The notes: a model not told the origin generated them from the sequence alone. Counted from the first letter of the stretch, positions 1 to 9,797 are shown. The stretch: 64,000 nt of DNA from a bacterium (GCA_965216635.1 OZ244188.1:1536001-1600000), one strand, 5' to 3'. Numbers and translations are program-made.

Positions 1-3
1 CAT

Positions 4-108
4 GTAGAGACGCCCTACAGGGCGTCTTATATGATGTGCATAAACCACAAAAAGCTGTTTTTAATAAACGTTCTAAATTTATGAGACGCCCATATAGGAC
101 GTCTCTAC
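4..108. repeat. Pair of GTAG-type REP-like palindromes (BIME-like)
   Basis: GTAGAGACGCCC-TACA-GGGCGTCT at 4-27 and an inverted partner GAGACGCCC-ATAT-AGGACGTCTCTAC at ~83-108. Confidence 0.6.
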
Positions 109-254
109 AGACCTACATAAAATAAAAAATACCTCCCCGCAACGCATTTGTTTTTTTTATTTGCTTTTAAAGTGTTTTTCTGTAATTATTTTTATAAAAA
201 ATAGCTAGAAACAGAAAAAAACTGCCAATAGCCACTAAATACTATTGACAAGAA

Positions 255-307
255 TTTTTTTTTAACGATTGCTTTGGCTAAACAGAACACAAATTCAAAA
301 TAGTTAT
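255..307 (+). mobile_element. Degenerate right-end fragment of the TAGAC/GTCTA MITE abutting the prpE-acuI start
   Basis: TGCTTTGGCTAAACAGAACACAAATTCAAAA closely matches the right end of the copy at 63360-63655 (TGCTTTGGCTAAACAGAATGCGAATTCAAAA). Confidence 0.6.
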
Positions 308-3185
308 GGACTACAAAACAATATACAAAGAATCCATCACACAAAAAGAGGAGTTTTGGAAGAAGCAAGCACAAAGGATTGTTTGGGATAAAGAGCCGAC
401 TCAAATTTTAGATGATTCTAATCCTCCTTTTTACCGTTGGTTTAAAGGCGGCAAATTGAACGCTTGCTATAATCTAGTAGATAGGCATGTGAAAGATGGT
501 TACGGCGAGCAGATTGCCATGATTTACCACAGCGAAATGACAGGAGCTCGGGAAAAAATCAGCTACTTGGAATTGCAAAAACGGGTTTCTCTTTGTGCGG
601 GGGTGATGAAGTCGCAGGGGTTAGTCAAAGGCGATAGGGCTTTGGTCTACATGCCGATGATTCCAGAGACGCTTGTGGCGATGCTTGCTTGTACTCGTTT
701 AGGAGTCACCCATTCGGTAGTTTTTGGGGGTTTTGCAGCGACAGAGTTGGCTACTAGAATTAAGGACGCTGATCCTCGTTTGATAATCACTGCATCAGCT
801 GGACTGGAGCCTAACAGAGTGGTTGTCTATCAAGAAATTATTGAAAAGGCACTAGATATTTGCGGTAAAAATTCTGTAGAAAAAATTTTAATAGTCCAAA
901 GAGAAGCAGAACATTGGCAAGCAAAACCAGAACGTGATTTGTTTTGGAACGAGGCTATGAAAAATAGCACTCCAGCGGATTGTGTTTCTCTAGATTCGGA
1001 GCACCCGATTTACATACTTTACACTTCTGGCACTACTGGGAAACCTAAAGGGATTGTGCGAGATACGGCTGGACATTTGGTGGCTTTGAAATTTTCTATG
1101 GACAATCTTTATAATATTAAGCAAGGAGAAGTTTGGTGGTCTGCTTCTGATGTGGGTTGGATTGTAGGGCATTCTTACATTGTTTATGCTCCATTACTGC
1201 ACCGCTGCACAACGGTGATTTTTGAAGGAAAACCTGTCGGCACTCCAGACGCCGCAGTTTTTTGGAAAGTTATCAACGACTACAAAGTAGTTTCTATGTT
1301 CACAGCTCCTACAGCTATTCGGGCTATCAAAAAAGAAGACCCTAAAGGAGAAATAGCTCAAAAATACCCAATGCAAGATTTTCGGGCACTTTTTTTAGCA
1401 GGAGAAAGATGCGATCCTGATACACTGAATTGGTCAAAAAATATTTTAAAGGTAGATATTATAGATAACTGGTGGCAAACAGAAACTGGATGGCCCATCT
1501 GTTGTAATCCTATGGGAATAGAGCAGATGTCGGTAAAAGAAGGTTCTTCTACATTTCCCGTGATGGGTTATGAAGTGCAAATATTAGACGATAAGGGGAG
1601 TGAAGTCGCTACTGGTAAAATGGGAAATATCTGTATAAAATTACCACTGCCTCCCGGAACTTTACTTACTCTTTGGAATAACGACGAAGGTTGTAAGGAA
1701 AGCTATTTTAAGAATTTTGCGGGATACTATCAAACTGGAGACGCGGGCTACTTTGACGAAGACGGCTATCTCTTTATTATGTCTCGCACCGATGATATTA
1801 TCAATACTGCTGGACATAGGCTTTCTACAGGAGCGATAGAAGAAGTTTTAGCAAAACACCCTGATGTCGCTGAGTGTGCTGTGACGGGAGTTAAACATAG
1901 CCTCAAAGGAGAAATTCCTTTTGGTTTTTTGGTTTTAAAAAGCGGAGTCGTCAAAGCCACAAAAGAAATTATTAGCGAAGCTACTACAATGGTTCGGGAA
2001 ACTATTGGACCTGTCGCAGCTTTTAAAGAATTATTGATAGTCCCCAAATTACCAAAAACTAGGTCGGGAAAAATTTTGCGGAAAATTTTAAGAGCGATTA
2101 TCAATAAAGAAGAATATAGATTTCCTAGCACGATTGAAGATGTTAGTGTTTTAGATAATATAAAAGAACTATTCAAACCAAAAAACAATATGGATACACA
2201 AAAAGTGTCACCTTTTATGGGGTGGTTGATTGAAAAGGAAGTAGAAGAAAAATGCAGTTTTAAAGAAATTGCAGAATTGCCTGCTGAAGGCGTAACGATT
2301 AAAATTGCTTATAGCACAGTGAATTATAAAGATGCACTTGCACTTTCAAGCAAGGCTCCGATTGCAAGAAGTTTTCCTATGATACCAGGGATTGATCTCG
2401 CTGGAACGGTTGTCTCCGAAGGAAGTAGCGCATTTCCAAAAGGCACAGAAGTTTTTAGTAACGGCTGGGGCGTTGGAGAAAGCCACTGGGGAGGACTCGC
2501 TCAAATGGCCTGTTTGCCAGAAAATTATTTGCAAAAAATACCAAAAACTATAACAGCTAAAAATTGTATGGCGTTAGGCACTGCTGGTTATACCGCAATG
2601 CTTTGTGTTTTGGCTCTGCTAGATAATGGAGTCAAGCCTGATGGTGGCAAAGTTGCTATTACTGGAGCCACAGGCGGTGTGGGTAGTTTTGCGCTTTTAT
2701 TTCTAGCAAAAATGGGTTATGAAATTATCGCTTTTACTGGTAAGGAAGATCAAATAGAAGCACTAAAAAAGCAGGGAGCAAGCTCTGTTTTGATGAGAAA
2801 AGATTTAGAAGAAAAAGCAAAACCCTTAGATAAAGCTGTTTGGAACGCAGCGATTGATACTGTGGGCGGGAATGTTTTATCAAATATCTTAGCAAAAACT
2901 AAAAACGAAGGCGTGGTTTCTATCTGCGGTCTAACAGGAGGGACGGGACTGCATACAACAGTGATGCCTTTTATTTTAAGAGGAGTTCGTTTGATAGGAA
3001 TCAATTCTGTTACTCAAGCTATGAAAAACAGGGAACGAGCTTGGCAAAAAATTGCAGAGCTAGTTAGCTCAGCGGACTGCGAAAATAGAAGCGAATGCGT
3101 TGCTCTAAAAGACGCCCAAGAAAAAGCCGGAGAACTACTACAAGGTAAACTTTCCAAAAGAGTGATTGTAGATTGTCAACAATAA
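306..3185 (+). CDS. prpE-acuI: Fusion of propionyl/acrylyl-CoA synthetase (PrpE-like, ~aa 1-625) and acryloyl-CoA reductase (AcuI/YhdH, MDR family, ~aa 629-959)
   Basis: AMP-forming ligase motifs YILYTSGTTGKPKG, DNWWQTETG, YQTGDAG, PKTRSGK. YhdH motifs YSTVNYKDALA, PGIDLAG, GTAGYTAMLCV, GATGGVGS, VMPFILRGV. Confidence 0.9.
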   Translation: MDYKTIYKESITQKEEFWKKQAQRIVWDKEPTQILDDSNPPFYRWFKGGKLNACYNLVDRHVKDGYGEQIAMIYHSEMTGAREKISYLELQKRVSLCAGVMKSQGLVKGDRALVYMPMIPETLVAMLACTRLGVTHSVVFGGFAATELATRIKDADPRLIITASAGLEPNRVVVYQEIIEKALDICGKNSVEKILIVQREAEHWQAKPERDLFWNEAMKNSTPADCVSLDSEHPIYILYTSGTTGKPKGIVRDTAGHLVALKFSMDNLYNIKQGEVWWSASDVGWIVGHSYIVYAPLLHRCTTVIFEGKPVGTPDAAVFWKVINDYKVVSMFTAPTAIRAIKKEDPKGEIAQKYPMQDFRALFLAGERCDPDTLNWSKNILKVDIIDNWWQTETGWPICCNPMGIEQMSVKEGSSTFPVMGYEVQILDDKGSEVATGKMGNICIKLPLPPGTLLTLWNNDEGCKESYFKNFAGYYQTGDAGYFDEDGYLFIMSRTDDIINTAGHRLSTGAIEEVLAKHPDVAECAVTGVKHSLKGEIPFGFLVLKSGVVKATKEIISEATTMVRETIGPVAAFKELLIVPKLPKTRSGKILRKILRAIINKEEYRFPSTIEDVSVLDNIKELFKPKNNMDTQKVSPFMGWLIEKEVEEKCSFKEIAELPAEGVTIKIAYSTVNYKDALALSSKAPIARSFPMIPGIDLAGTVVSEGSSAFPKGTEVFSNGWGVGESHWGGLAQMACLPENYLQKIPKTITAKNCMALGTAGYTAMLCVLALLDNGVKPDGGKVAITGATGGVGSFALLFLAKMGYEIIAFTGKEDQIEALKKQGASSVLMRKDLEEKAKPLDKAVWNAAIDTVGGNVLSNILAKTKNEGVVSICGLTGGTGLHTTVMPFILRGVRLIGINSVTQAMKNRERAWQKIAELVSSADCENRSECVALKDAQEKAGELLQGKLSKRVIVDCQQ

Positions 3186-3281
3186 GTCTGCTATGTGTAG
3201 TTTGTAATTTATTTTTTTATTCCTTGATATTTCCTAATTATTAACCCACACTAGTTATTTAAAATAATCTTACAATCTCTG

Positions 3282-3518
3282 ATGGACAAATTAAGCAAAG
3301 AGTATGATTTTTATAAGAAAAACAAACATATTCTACAAAAAAACTATGATAATAAGTATATTGCTTTAAAAAATGGTAAAGTAATAACTAGTGGTGATTC
3401 TAAACCGCAGGTCGTAGATTATATGCTGAAAAACAACCATAGATTAGGTGATTTTCTTGTTCATTTAGTCTCGGATACATCCGATTTGATTTACAGATAC
3501 CACTCACGGGTGTGGTAA
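3282..3518 (+). CDS. Small DUF5678-like protein
   Basis: 78 aa with the pattern F.KN...LQKNYDNKYIALKNGKVITSGD typical of this family. Confidence 0.55.
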   Translation: MDKLSKEYDFYKKNKHILQKNYDNKYIALKNGKVITSGDSKPQVVDYMLKNNHRLGDFLVHLVSDTSDLIYRYHSRVW

Positions 3519-3691
3519 TGAAAATTCAAATCTATTTTGAAGCAAGTCCAGAAGGAGGTTATACTTGTTTTGTGCCTTCGTTACCCGGGTGTATTTCAGA
3601 AGGCAATACCAAAGAAGAAGCTATTAGAAATATAAAAGAGGCAATAGATCTTTATCTGGAACCTGTTGAAACAGGTCGTCAGTTTCAATGA
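3518..3691 (+). CDS. HicB-like (UPF0150) antitoxin, 57 aa, absent from the ORF track
   Basis: Translates as MKIQIYFEASPEGGYTCFVPSLPGCISEGNTKEEAIRNIKEAIDLYLEPVETGRQFQ; its ATG overlaps the upstream TAA. Confidence 0.85.
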   Translation: MKIQIYFEASPEGGYTCFVPSLPGCISEGNTKEEAIRNIKEAIDLYLEPVETGRQFQ

Positions 3692-3753
3692 TAAAAAAAA
3701 GTGATTATTGTAGCAAGTAAGATAATATAAACTTAATTAAACTAAATAAAAAA

Positions 3754-4480
3754 ATGGCACTAACAGAAGAATTTGAAAAAACAGGGAACTGGCTATTCCG
3801 CTGGAGAAGTTATCTTCCTGTGGTTTTTATCGGTATACTTTTTCTAGCAGCAGATAAGTATGAATATTTTAGAAACAGTGAATATCTCAATAATTTTTGG
3901 CAAATATTTTGTCTAGGAGTGGGGTTTTTTGGCTTATTTATCCGTATGTTCACGATTTGTCAAACTCCAGAAGCCACTTCTGGTAGAAACACAAAAGAGC
4001 AGGTTGCAAACACTCTAAATACAACAGGCATTTACTCTGCCGTTAGAAATCCGCTTTACTTAGGAAATTTTTTTATGGGTATAGGAGCCGTCTTGGTATT
4101 TCATCAATGGGTGATAGCATTGATTTATGTGCTCTTTTTTTGGCTTTATTACGAACGTATCATTTTTGCAGAAGAATCCTATTTAAAGAAAAAATTTGGT
4201 AAGAGCTATATGGATTGGTCAAATAAAACCCCTGCTTTTATCCCTAGATTTCGTCAGTACAAAAAAGCAGAAGTGTCCTTTTCTCTTAAACGCATTTTAA
4301 GACAAGAATATAATAGTATGTTTGCCTTGATAATTGTGATGTTTGCTTTAGCAAGTTTTTAGTGAATGGTTTGTTGAAGGCGAACTGGATGCAAATTTAG
4401 AATGGATAGTATTATTAGCTAGTGGCTTTATTGTGTGGTTGGTCACAAGAACCCTCAGAAAATGCAAAGTTTTGGGATAA
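3754..4480 (+). pseudogene. ICMT/PEMT-family membrane methyltransferase (lipid A phosphate methyltransferase-like), frameshifted near the 3' end
   Basis: Motifs LFRWRSYLP, TSGRNT, GIYSAVRNPLYLGN, YYERIIFAEE. The ORF stops at 4362, but a final TM segment (SEWFVEG...IVWLVTRTLRKCKVLG*) continues in a shifted frame to 4480. Confidence 0.65.
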
Positions 4481-4505
4481 GATAAAAAAAATTTTCAGCA
4501 AACTT

Positions 4506-5666
4506 ATGAAAATAACACGGCATTTTTTATTGCTGGTTGTCCTCTTAACTTACTGTTTTGGTAGCTTGCAGTTTTTTCTTGTGACTTCTGTTTTGGGGCA
4601 GACTTTAAAAATGCCTCAAGGTTTCAAAATTGAAACTTACGCAAAAATTCATGCTGCAAGACAGATGGCTTTAGCGGATAATGGAGTTGTTTTTGTAGGA
4701 ACTGAAAATGGTAAAATTTATGCTTTAGTGAATAAGCCCAATCAAGATCTACAAAAAATACTAGTTTTTGAGGATTTTAAAATAGGAGCTGGCGTTGCTT
4801 TTGCGAACGGAGCTCTTTATGTGTCGGATAAAAATCGTATTTTTCGCTTTCCCAATATTCTTCAAAAATTAGGGCTTCAAAGATTAGGGCTTAAAAAATT
4901 AGGACAAAAATTAAGCCTTAAAAAATTAGGACAAAAATTAAGTCCAGAATTGGTTACAGATAAATTGCCGCGTAGTGCCTATCACGGAAAAAGGTACCTG
5001 AAATTTTCCCCGAAAAAAGAATTGTTTGTAGCCGTAGGAGCTCCTTGTAATGTCTGTTTAGAAAAAAATCCCGCTTACGCTAGCATTGTAAATTTAGACC
5101 ATGAAACAGGAAACTTTGAAATTTATGCTAAAGGAATAAGAAATAGCGTAGGCTTTGCTTGGCATCCGCAAACAGAGGAGTTGTGGTTCACAGACAACGG
5201 TCGGGATTGGTTAGGAGACGATAATCCTCCCGACGAACTCAACCGTGCTTTTCGGAGTGGATTGCATTTTGGTTTTCCTTATGTGCACGGTGATAATCAA
5301 CCAGATCCAAAGTTTTCCAAAAAACAACCCGCTGCAACCTATCAAAAACCAATGCAAAAATTAGGAGCCCATGTAGCTAGTTTGGGTATGATTTTTTATC
5401 AAGGCAAAATGTTTCCTAAAAAATATAGAGGGCAAATTTTGATTGCGGAGCACGGCTCTTGGAATAGAAGCAAAAAATCAGGATACCGCATCTCTTTGGT
5501 TCGTTTGAAAAAAAACGAAACAATGTCTTACGAGAGTTTTATTTCGGGATGGACAAAAAATGAAAATATCTACGGCAGACCTGTAGATTTACTGGAATTA
5601 GCGGATGGCTCTTTGCTTATTTCCGATGATACTTTTAGTAAAATTTATAGAGTTACTTACAGGTAA
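4506..5666 (+). CDS. PQQ-dependent sugar/sorbosone dehydrogenase family beta-propeller, secreted
   Basis: GAPCNVC, GIRNSVGFAWHP, FTDNGRDWLGDDNPPDELN, AEHGSWNRS, GRPVD; signal peptide after the ATG at 4506. Confidence 0.85.
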   Translation: MKITRHFLLLVVLLTYCFGSLQFFLVTSVLGQTLKMPQGFKIETYAKIHAARQMALADNGVVFVGTENGKIYALVNKPNQDLQKILVFEDFKIGAGVAFANGALYVSDKNRIFRFPNILQKLGLQRLGLKKLGQKLSLKKLGQKLSPELVTDKLPRSAYHGKRYLKFSPKKELFVAVGAPCNVCLEKNPAYASIVNLDHETGNFEIYAKGIRNSVGFAWHPQTEELWFTDNGRDWLGDDNPPDELNRAFRSGLHFGFPYVHGDNQPDPKFSKKQPAATYQKPMQKLGAHVASLGMIFYQGKMFPKKYRGQILIAEHGSWNRSKKSGYRISLVRLKKNETMSYESFISGWTKNENIYGRPVDLLELADGSLLISDDTFSKIYRVTYR

Positions 5667-5668
5667 GA

Positions 5669-7180
5669 ATGGATATTTATATCTATAATAGTTTAAGCAA
5701 AAAAAAAGAGCTTTTCATTCCCGCCTGTATTAAAAAAAAACAAAATACTGTCAATGTTTATGTTTGTGGAGTCACTGTCTACGATCTATGCCATCTAGGA
5801 CACGCACGCGGAGCTATTAACTTTGATGTTCTAAAAAGATTTTTAACGGCTCTGGGTTATAAAGTTATATTTGTAAAAAACTATACAGATATTGACGATA
5901 AAATTATAGCCGCAGCACAGGAGCAAAAAATCCCTATCCGAGAATTGACAGAAAAAATGATTGCTGAGCACGACAAGGACATGGCGAGTCTTTTTGTGAT
6001 GCCCGCAGATATAGCTCCCAAAGCTACAGAAAATGTAAGCGAAATGATTGCGATGATAGAAGATTTGGTAGCTAAAGGCTACGCCTATGAGAGCGGAGGA
6101 GATGTTTTTTTTCGTGTTTCTCGGTTTTCAGAATATGGAAAACTCAGCGGCAAAAAAATAAAAGACTTACAAGCTGGCTCTCGTGTAGAAATCAATCACT
6201 TAAAAGAAAATCCTTTAGATTTTGTGCTGTGGAAAGCGAGTAGAGAAAATGAGCCAGCGTGGGATTCTGTTTGGGGAAAGGGCAGACCAGGTTGGCATAT
6301 TGAATGCTCTTGTATGTGCAAAAAATTTATTGCGGGGGAGTTGGATATACACGGAGGCGGAGCAGATCTTATTTTTCCTCACCACGAAAATGAAATAGCG
6401 CAGTCTGAAGCTTTATTTGCTGAAAGTCTATTTGCTGAAAATCCATCTAAAAAAAAATTAGCAAACTACTGGATGCACAACGGAATGATCCAGATTGATG
6501 GAAAAAAAATGTCTAAGTCTTTGGGAAATTTTGCAACCATCCGAGAATTGACAGAGAATTTTGAACCAGAAGTAATCCGTTTTTTTGTTTTACAATCACA
6601 CTACCGACAAGAAGTTGTTTTTTCGTATGAAGCCTTAAAAACTGCACATACCACTTTGGACGCCTTATATTTTAGTTTGCTTGCTTTTTTTGAAGCTTAT
6701 GAGAAAGATTTTGAGGCACTGCAAGATGCCTCAAAAAACACCATTGGGGATGTAGAAATTACAGAATTTTTGGAAGCACTCGCTGATGATTTAAACAGCT
6801 CTGTTGCCATTGCTAAACTTTTGGAATGGAGTAAGGAATTGAATTGTAGCTTAAAAAATAAACAAGGAAAAAACAAAGGCGAAGCAATAAATTGGGCAAA
6901 AAAAATCATCAAAGCATCTCGTATTTTGGGTTTGATCAATCGCCATCCGCAAAAATGGAAATTTGCTGGTTATAATCTAAAAGAAAAATCTTCCCAAAAA
7001 ATTGAAATAAGTAAAACTGAAATAAACCAAGCAGAAATTGAAAAAAAAGTTGAAGCTAGGAATCAAGCAAGAAATGAAAAAAATTGGCAAGAAGCGGATA
7101 AAATCCGAAACGACCTAAAAGCCAGAGGAATAGAATTAAAAGACCAAGCAGGAAAAACTCATTGGTATCGCTCTTCCTAG
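5669..7180 (+). CDS. cysS: Cysteine--tRNA ligase
   Basis: CGVTVYDLCHLGHAR (HIGH), GRPGWHIECS, DIHGGGADLIFPHHENE, KMSKS. Confidence 0.97.
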   Translation: MDIYIYNSLSKKKELFIPACIKKKQNTVNVYVCGVTVYDLCHLGHARGAINFDVLKRFLTALGYKVIFVKNYTDIDDKIIAAAQEQKIPIRELTEKMIAEHDKDMASLFVMPADIAPKATENVSEMIAMIEDLVAKGYAYESGGDVFFRVSRFSEYGKLSGKKIKDLQAGSRVEINHLKENPLDFVLWKASRENEPAWDSVWGKGRPGWHIECSCMCKKFIAGELDIHGGGADLIFPHHENEIAQSEALFAESLFAENPSKKKLANYWMHNGMIQIDGKKMSKSLGNFATIRELTENFEPEVIRFFVLQSHYRQEVVFSYEALKTAHTTLDALYFSLLAFFEAYEKDFEALQDASKNTIGDVEITEFLEALADDLNSSVAIAKLLEWSKELNCSLKNKQGKNKGEAINWAKKIIKASRILGLINRHPQKWKFAGYNLKEKSSQKIEISKTEINQAEIEKKVEARNQARNEKNWQEADKIRNDLKARGIELKDQAGKTHWYRSS

Positions 7181-7183
7181 TTA

Positions 7184-8146
7184 ATGAACGAAGAACAATA
7201 CACTACCGACCAACATAGCGGAGAAAGATTAGATGTTTTTTTGAGTAGCACTCCAAATATTACTTCTAGAAGCCAAGCACAAAAAATAATTGCAGCGGGA
7301 TTGGTTTTTGTAAATCAAAAAAAAATTCTTTTCAAAGATTACAAATTACAAAAAAACGATGAGATTGTTTTTTCTCATTTACCAGCTCTCCAGTTAGAAT
7401 CTGTAGCCCACCCTCTAGAAATACACTACGAAGACGAGAGCCTACTAGTCGTCTATAAACCAGCTGGCTTGATCGTTCATCCAGCTTCTTCGCACCAAAA
7501 AATTTCCTTAGTGCATTACCTATTAGCCCATACCAAAAACCTATCTAGCGGAAGTAACAATTTAAGAAAAGGTATAGTGCACCGTTTAGACAAGGATACT
7601 TCTGGGATTTTAGTGGTTGCTAAAAATGATTCAGTTCACGCCGATTTAGCGCAACAGTTCAAAGCCCATAGCATCACCCGTAAATACCTTTGTTTTAGTG
7701 TGGGCAAGCCAACATTAAAATCAGGAACGATTGATAAAAAAATCAGACGCCACCCTAAAAAAAGAACTATTTTTTGTGCCATAGACAAAGAAACAAACGA
7801 TGGACTAGGAAAAAACGCCAAAACCGATTGGAAAATTCTGCAAACATTCCAAACTATACACTTACTAGAATGCAGACTACATACAGGCAAGACTCATCAA
7901 ATTAGAGTGCATCTCTCGTCTATTGGAATGCCGCTTTTGGGAGATAAAACCTATGGCAAGCAAAAACCTAGTCTGCTACAAAATTTTAACGACACACAAA
8001 AAGAAGTCATCGCTTCTTTTTCAAGACAGGCTTTGCACGCAGTGGAGCTGGGTTTTCAGCACCCTGTCAGCAAAAAAGAATTATTCTTTTCCCGTCCTAT
8101 GCCTCAAGATATGGAGGATTTGCTAAACTGCCTAAAGACTCATTGA
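7184..8146 (+). CDS. rluD: RluA-family 23S rRNA pseudouridine synthase with an S4 domain
   Basis: ERLDVFL, KPAGLIVHP, VHRLDKDTSG, TGKTHQIRVH, RQALHA. Confidence 0.9.
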   Translation: MNEEQYTTDQHSGERLDVFLSSTPNITSRSQAQKIIAAGLVFVNQKKILFKDYKLQKNDEIVFSHLPALQLESVAHPLEIHYEDESLLVVYKPAGLIVHPASSHQKISLVHYLLAHTKNLSSGSNNLRKGIVHRLDKDTSGILVVAKNDSVHADLAQQFKAHSITRKYLCFSVGKPTLKSGTIDKKIRRHPKKRTIFCAIDKETNDGLGKNAKTDWKILQTFQTIHLLECRLHTGKTHQIRVHLSSIGMPLLGDKTYGKQKPSLLQNFNDTQKEVIASFSRQALHAVELGFQHPVSKKELFFSRPMPQDMEDLLNCLKTH

Positions 8147-8150
8147 ATCA

Positions 8151-8245
8151 TCCAAATAGGACAAACCAGCTAGGACAAACCAGCTAGGACAAACCAAATA
8201 GGACAAACCAGCTAGGACAAACCAGCTAGGACAAACCAGCTAGGA
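8151..8245. repeat. Tandem repeat, 14-bp unit CCAGCTAGGACAAA (~6.5 copies, two with the variant CCAAATAGG)
   Basis: Directly visible immediately after the rluD stop. Confidence 0.95.
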
Positions 8246-8455
8246 AAAGACGCAAAAATTTTTTATTTTTCTCAAAATACTAAAATTAGGGTTTGCTTTA
8301 TAGTAAAAATAATCTATACTTTGTTTATTGTTGGGTGTTTTTATCTATAGCTTTTAGACGCAGAAAAGAAAAATAAAGATTTTTGGAGTATATCATCAAA
8401 AGAGCTAGAGGAATATAAGAAAAAAACTAATTATAAACCGTTAATATTTTAAATT

Positions 8456-9109
8456 ATGGACGAACAAAAGTTATTACAAAATATAAAAAGTATTTTTGAT
8501 AAGAGATTTGATGGAATAGATAATAAATTTGATAAAATAGATGCGAAATTTGATAAGATAGATAAGAGATTTGATGGAATAGATAAGAGATTTGATAAAG
8601 TAGATAAGAGATTTGATAAAGTAGATAAGAAATTTGATAAAGTAGATAAGAAATTTGATAAACTTTCAAATAGTTTAGGTTTTGAAACAGAAAGTAGGGC
8701 TAATGCTTTCTTAAATAAAGAAATAGAATGTAGACATAAAATAGGAAAAGAATTATTTGATTATTCTACAGGTAGTTATACAATATGGGACAACAACAAA
8801 AACAAAATAAAAACAGAAATAGATAATATACTTGTTAATGGTAAAAATATCGGAATAGTTGAAACTAAAACTCTTTTAGAACCTCATAAAGTTAAAACTT
8901 TTTTGTCTAAAAATTTAAAACACTTTTTAGCCTTACCTCCAATTAGAAAAAAAGGTAAAACAATTACTATTAAAGATAAAACTTATATTTTATTTTTTAT
9001 GTGTAGGTTTATAACCAATGAAGATTATATAAAAGAAATGCTTAAAAAAAGTGGCAAGGAATTTTATATTTATCAGGAAGAGCCTTATAGAAAGTTTAAA
9101 ATAATATAG
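8456..9109 (+). CDS. Heptad-repeat coiled coil plus PD-(D/E)xK-like domain (DUF3782-like), copy 1 with 8 heptads
   Basis: (DKRFDK[I/V])n followed by LGFETE...EIDNILVNGKNIGIVETKT. Confidence 0.7.
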   Translation: MDEQKLLQNIKSIFDKRFDGIDNKFDKIDAKFDKIDKRFDGIDKRFDKVDKRFDKVDKKFDKVDKKFDKLSNSLGFETESRANAFLNKEIECRHKIGKELFDYSTGSYTIWDNNKNKIKTEIDNILVNGKNIGIVETKTLLEPHKVKTFLSKNLKHFLALPPIRKKGKTITIKDKTYILFFMCRFITNEDYIKEMLKKSGKEFYIYQEEPYRKFKII

Positions 9110-9248
9110 ACTTTGTTTAGTGCTGGGGTATTTTTATCTATAGCTTTTAGACACAGAAAAGAAAAATAGAGATATTTGGAATATATCACCAAAAGAGCTA
9201 GAGGAATATAAGAAAAAAACTAATTATAAACCGTTAATATTTAAAATT

Positions 9249-9797
9249 ATGGACGAACAAAAGTTATTGCAAAATATAAAAAGTATTTTTGATAATAAAT
9301 TTGATAAAATAGATAAGAGATTTGATAAAATAGATAAGAAATTTGATAAACTTTCAAATAGTTTAGGTTTTGAAACAGAAAGTAGGGCTAATGCTTTCTT
9401 AAATAAAGAAATAGAATGTAGACATAAAATAGGAAAAGAATTATTTGATTATTCTACAGGTAGTTATACAATATGGGACAACAACAAAAACAAAATAAAA
9501 ACAGAAATAGATAATATACTTGTTAATGGTAAAAATATCGGAATAGTTGAAACTAAAACTCTTTTAGAACCTCATAAAGTTAAAACTTTTTTGTCTAAAA
9601 ATTTAAAACACTTTTTAGCCTTACCTCCAATTAGAAAAAAAGGTAAAACAATTACTATTAAAGATAAAACTTATATTTTATTTTTTATGTGTAGGTTTAT
9701 AACCAATGAAGATTATATAAAAGAAATGCTTAAAAAAAGCGGCAAGGAATTTTATATTTATCAGGAAGAGCCTTACAGAGAGTTTAAAATAATATAA
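9249..9797 (+). CDS. Same protein, tandem copy 2 with 3 heptads
   Basis: Near-identical to 8456-9109 except for repeat number and one K/E substitution near the C-terminus. Confidence 0.7.
   Translation: MDEQKLLQNIKSIFDNKFDKIDKRFDKIDKKFDKLSNSLGFETESRANAFLNKEIECRHKIGKELFDYSTGSYTIWDNNKNKIKTEIDNILVNGKNIGIVETKTLLEPHKVKTFLSKNLKHFLALPPIRKKGKTITIKDKTYILFFMCRFITNEDYIKEMLKKSGKEFYIYQEEPYREFKII

Larger units (their letters stand above)
8318..9797 (+). repeat. Head-to-tail tandem duplication (8318-9109 and 9110-9797), including ~140 bp of upstream DNA
   Basis: Both blocks begin ACTTTGTTTA...TTTATCTATAGCTTTTAGAC and share the upstream region and the CDS. Confidence 0.95.

Noticed and set aside
245..275. 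TTGACA as the -35 element of the prpE-acuI promoter
   Set aside because: There is no convincing -10 hexamer at 16-18 nt spacing, and the downstream sequence is MITE-derived.
4422..4505. ORF-track start codons at 4422 (similarly 14038, 16841, 46178, 56489)
   Set aside because: These extensions overlap an upstream gene remnant, promoter, 6S RNA or MITE; downstream ATGs fit the family N-termini better.
8151..8245. Short tandem arrays (also 48400-48480, 52040-52100, 40130-40190) as CRISPR or iterons
   Set aside because: The units are contiguous with no spacers, unrelated to each other, and have no rep or cas gene nearby.
8454..8669. Minus-strand ORF with YQISYLL repeats
   Set aside because: Antisense of the DKRFDKI heptad array.
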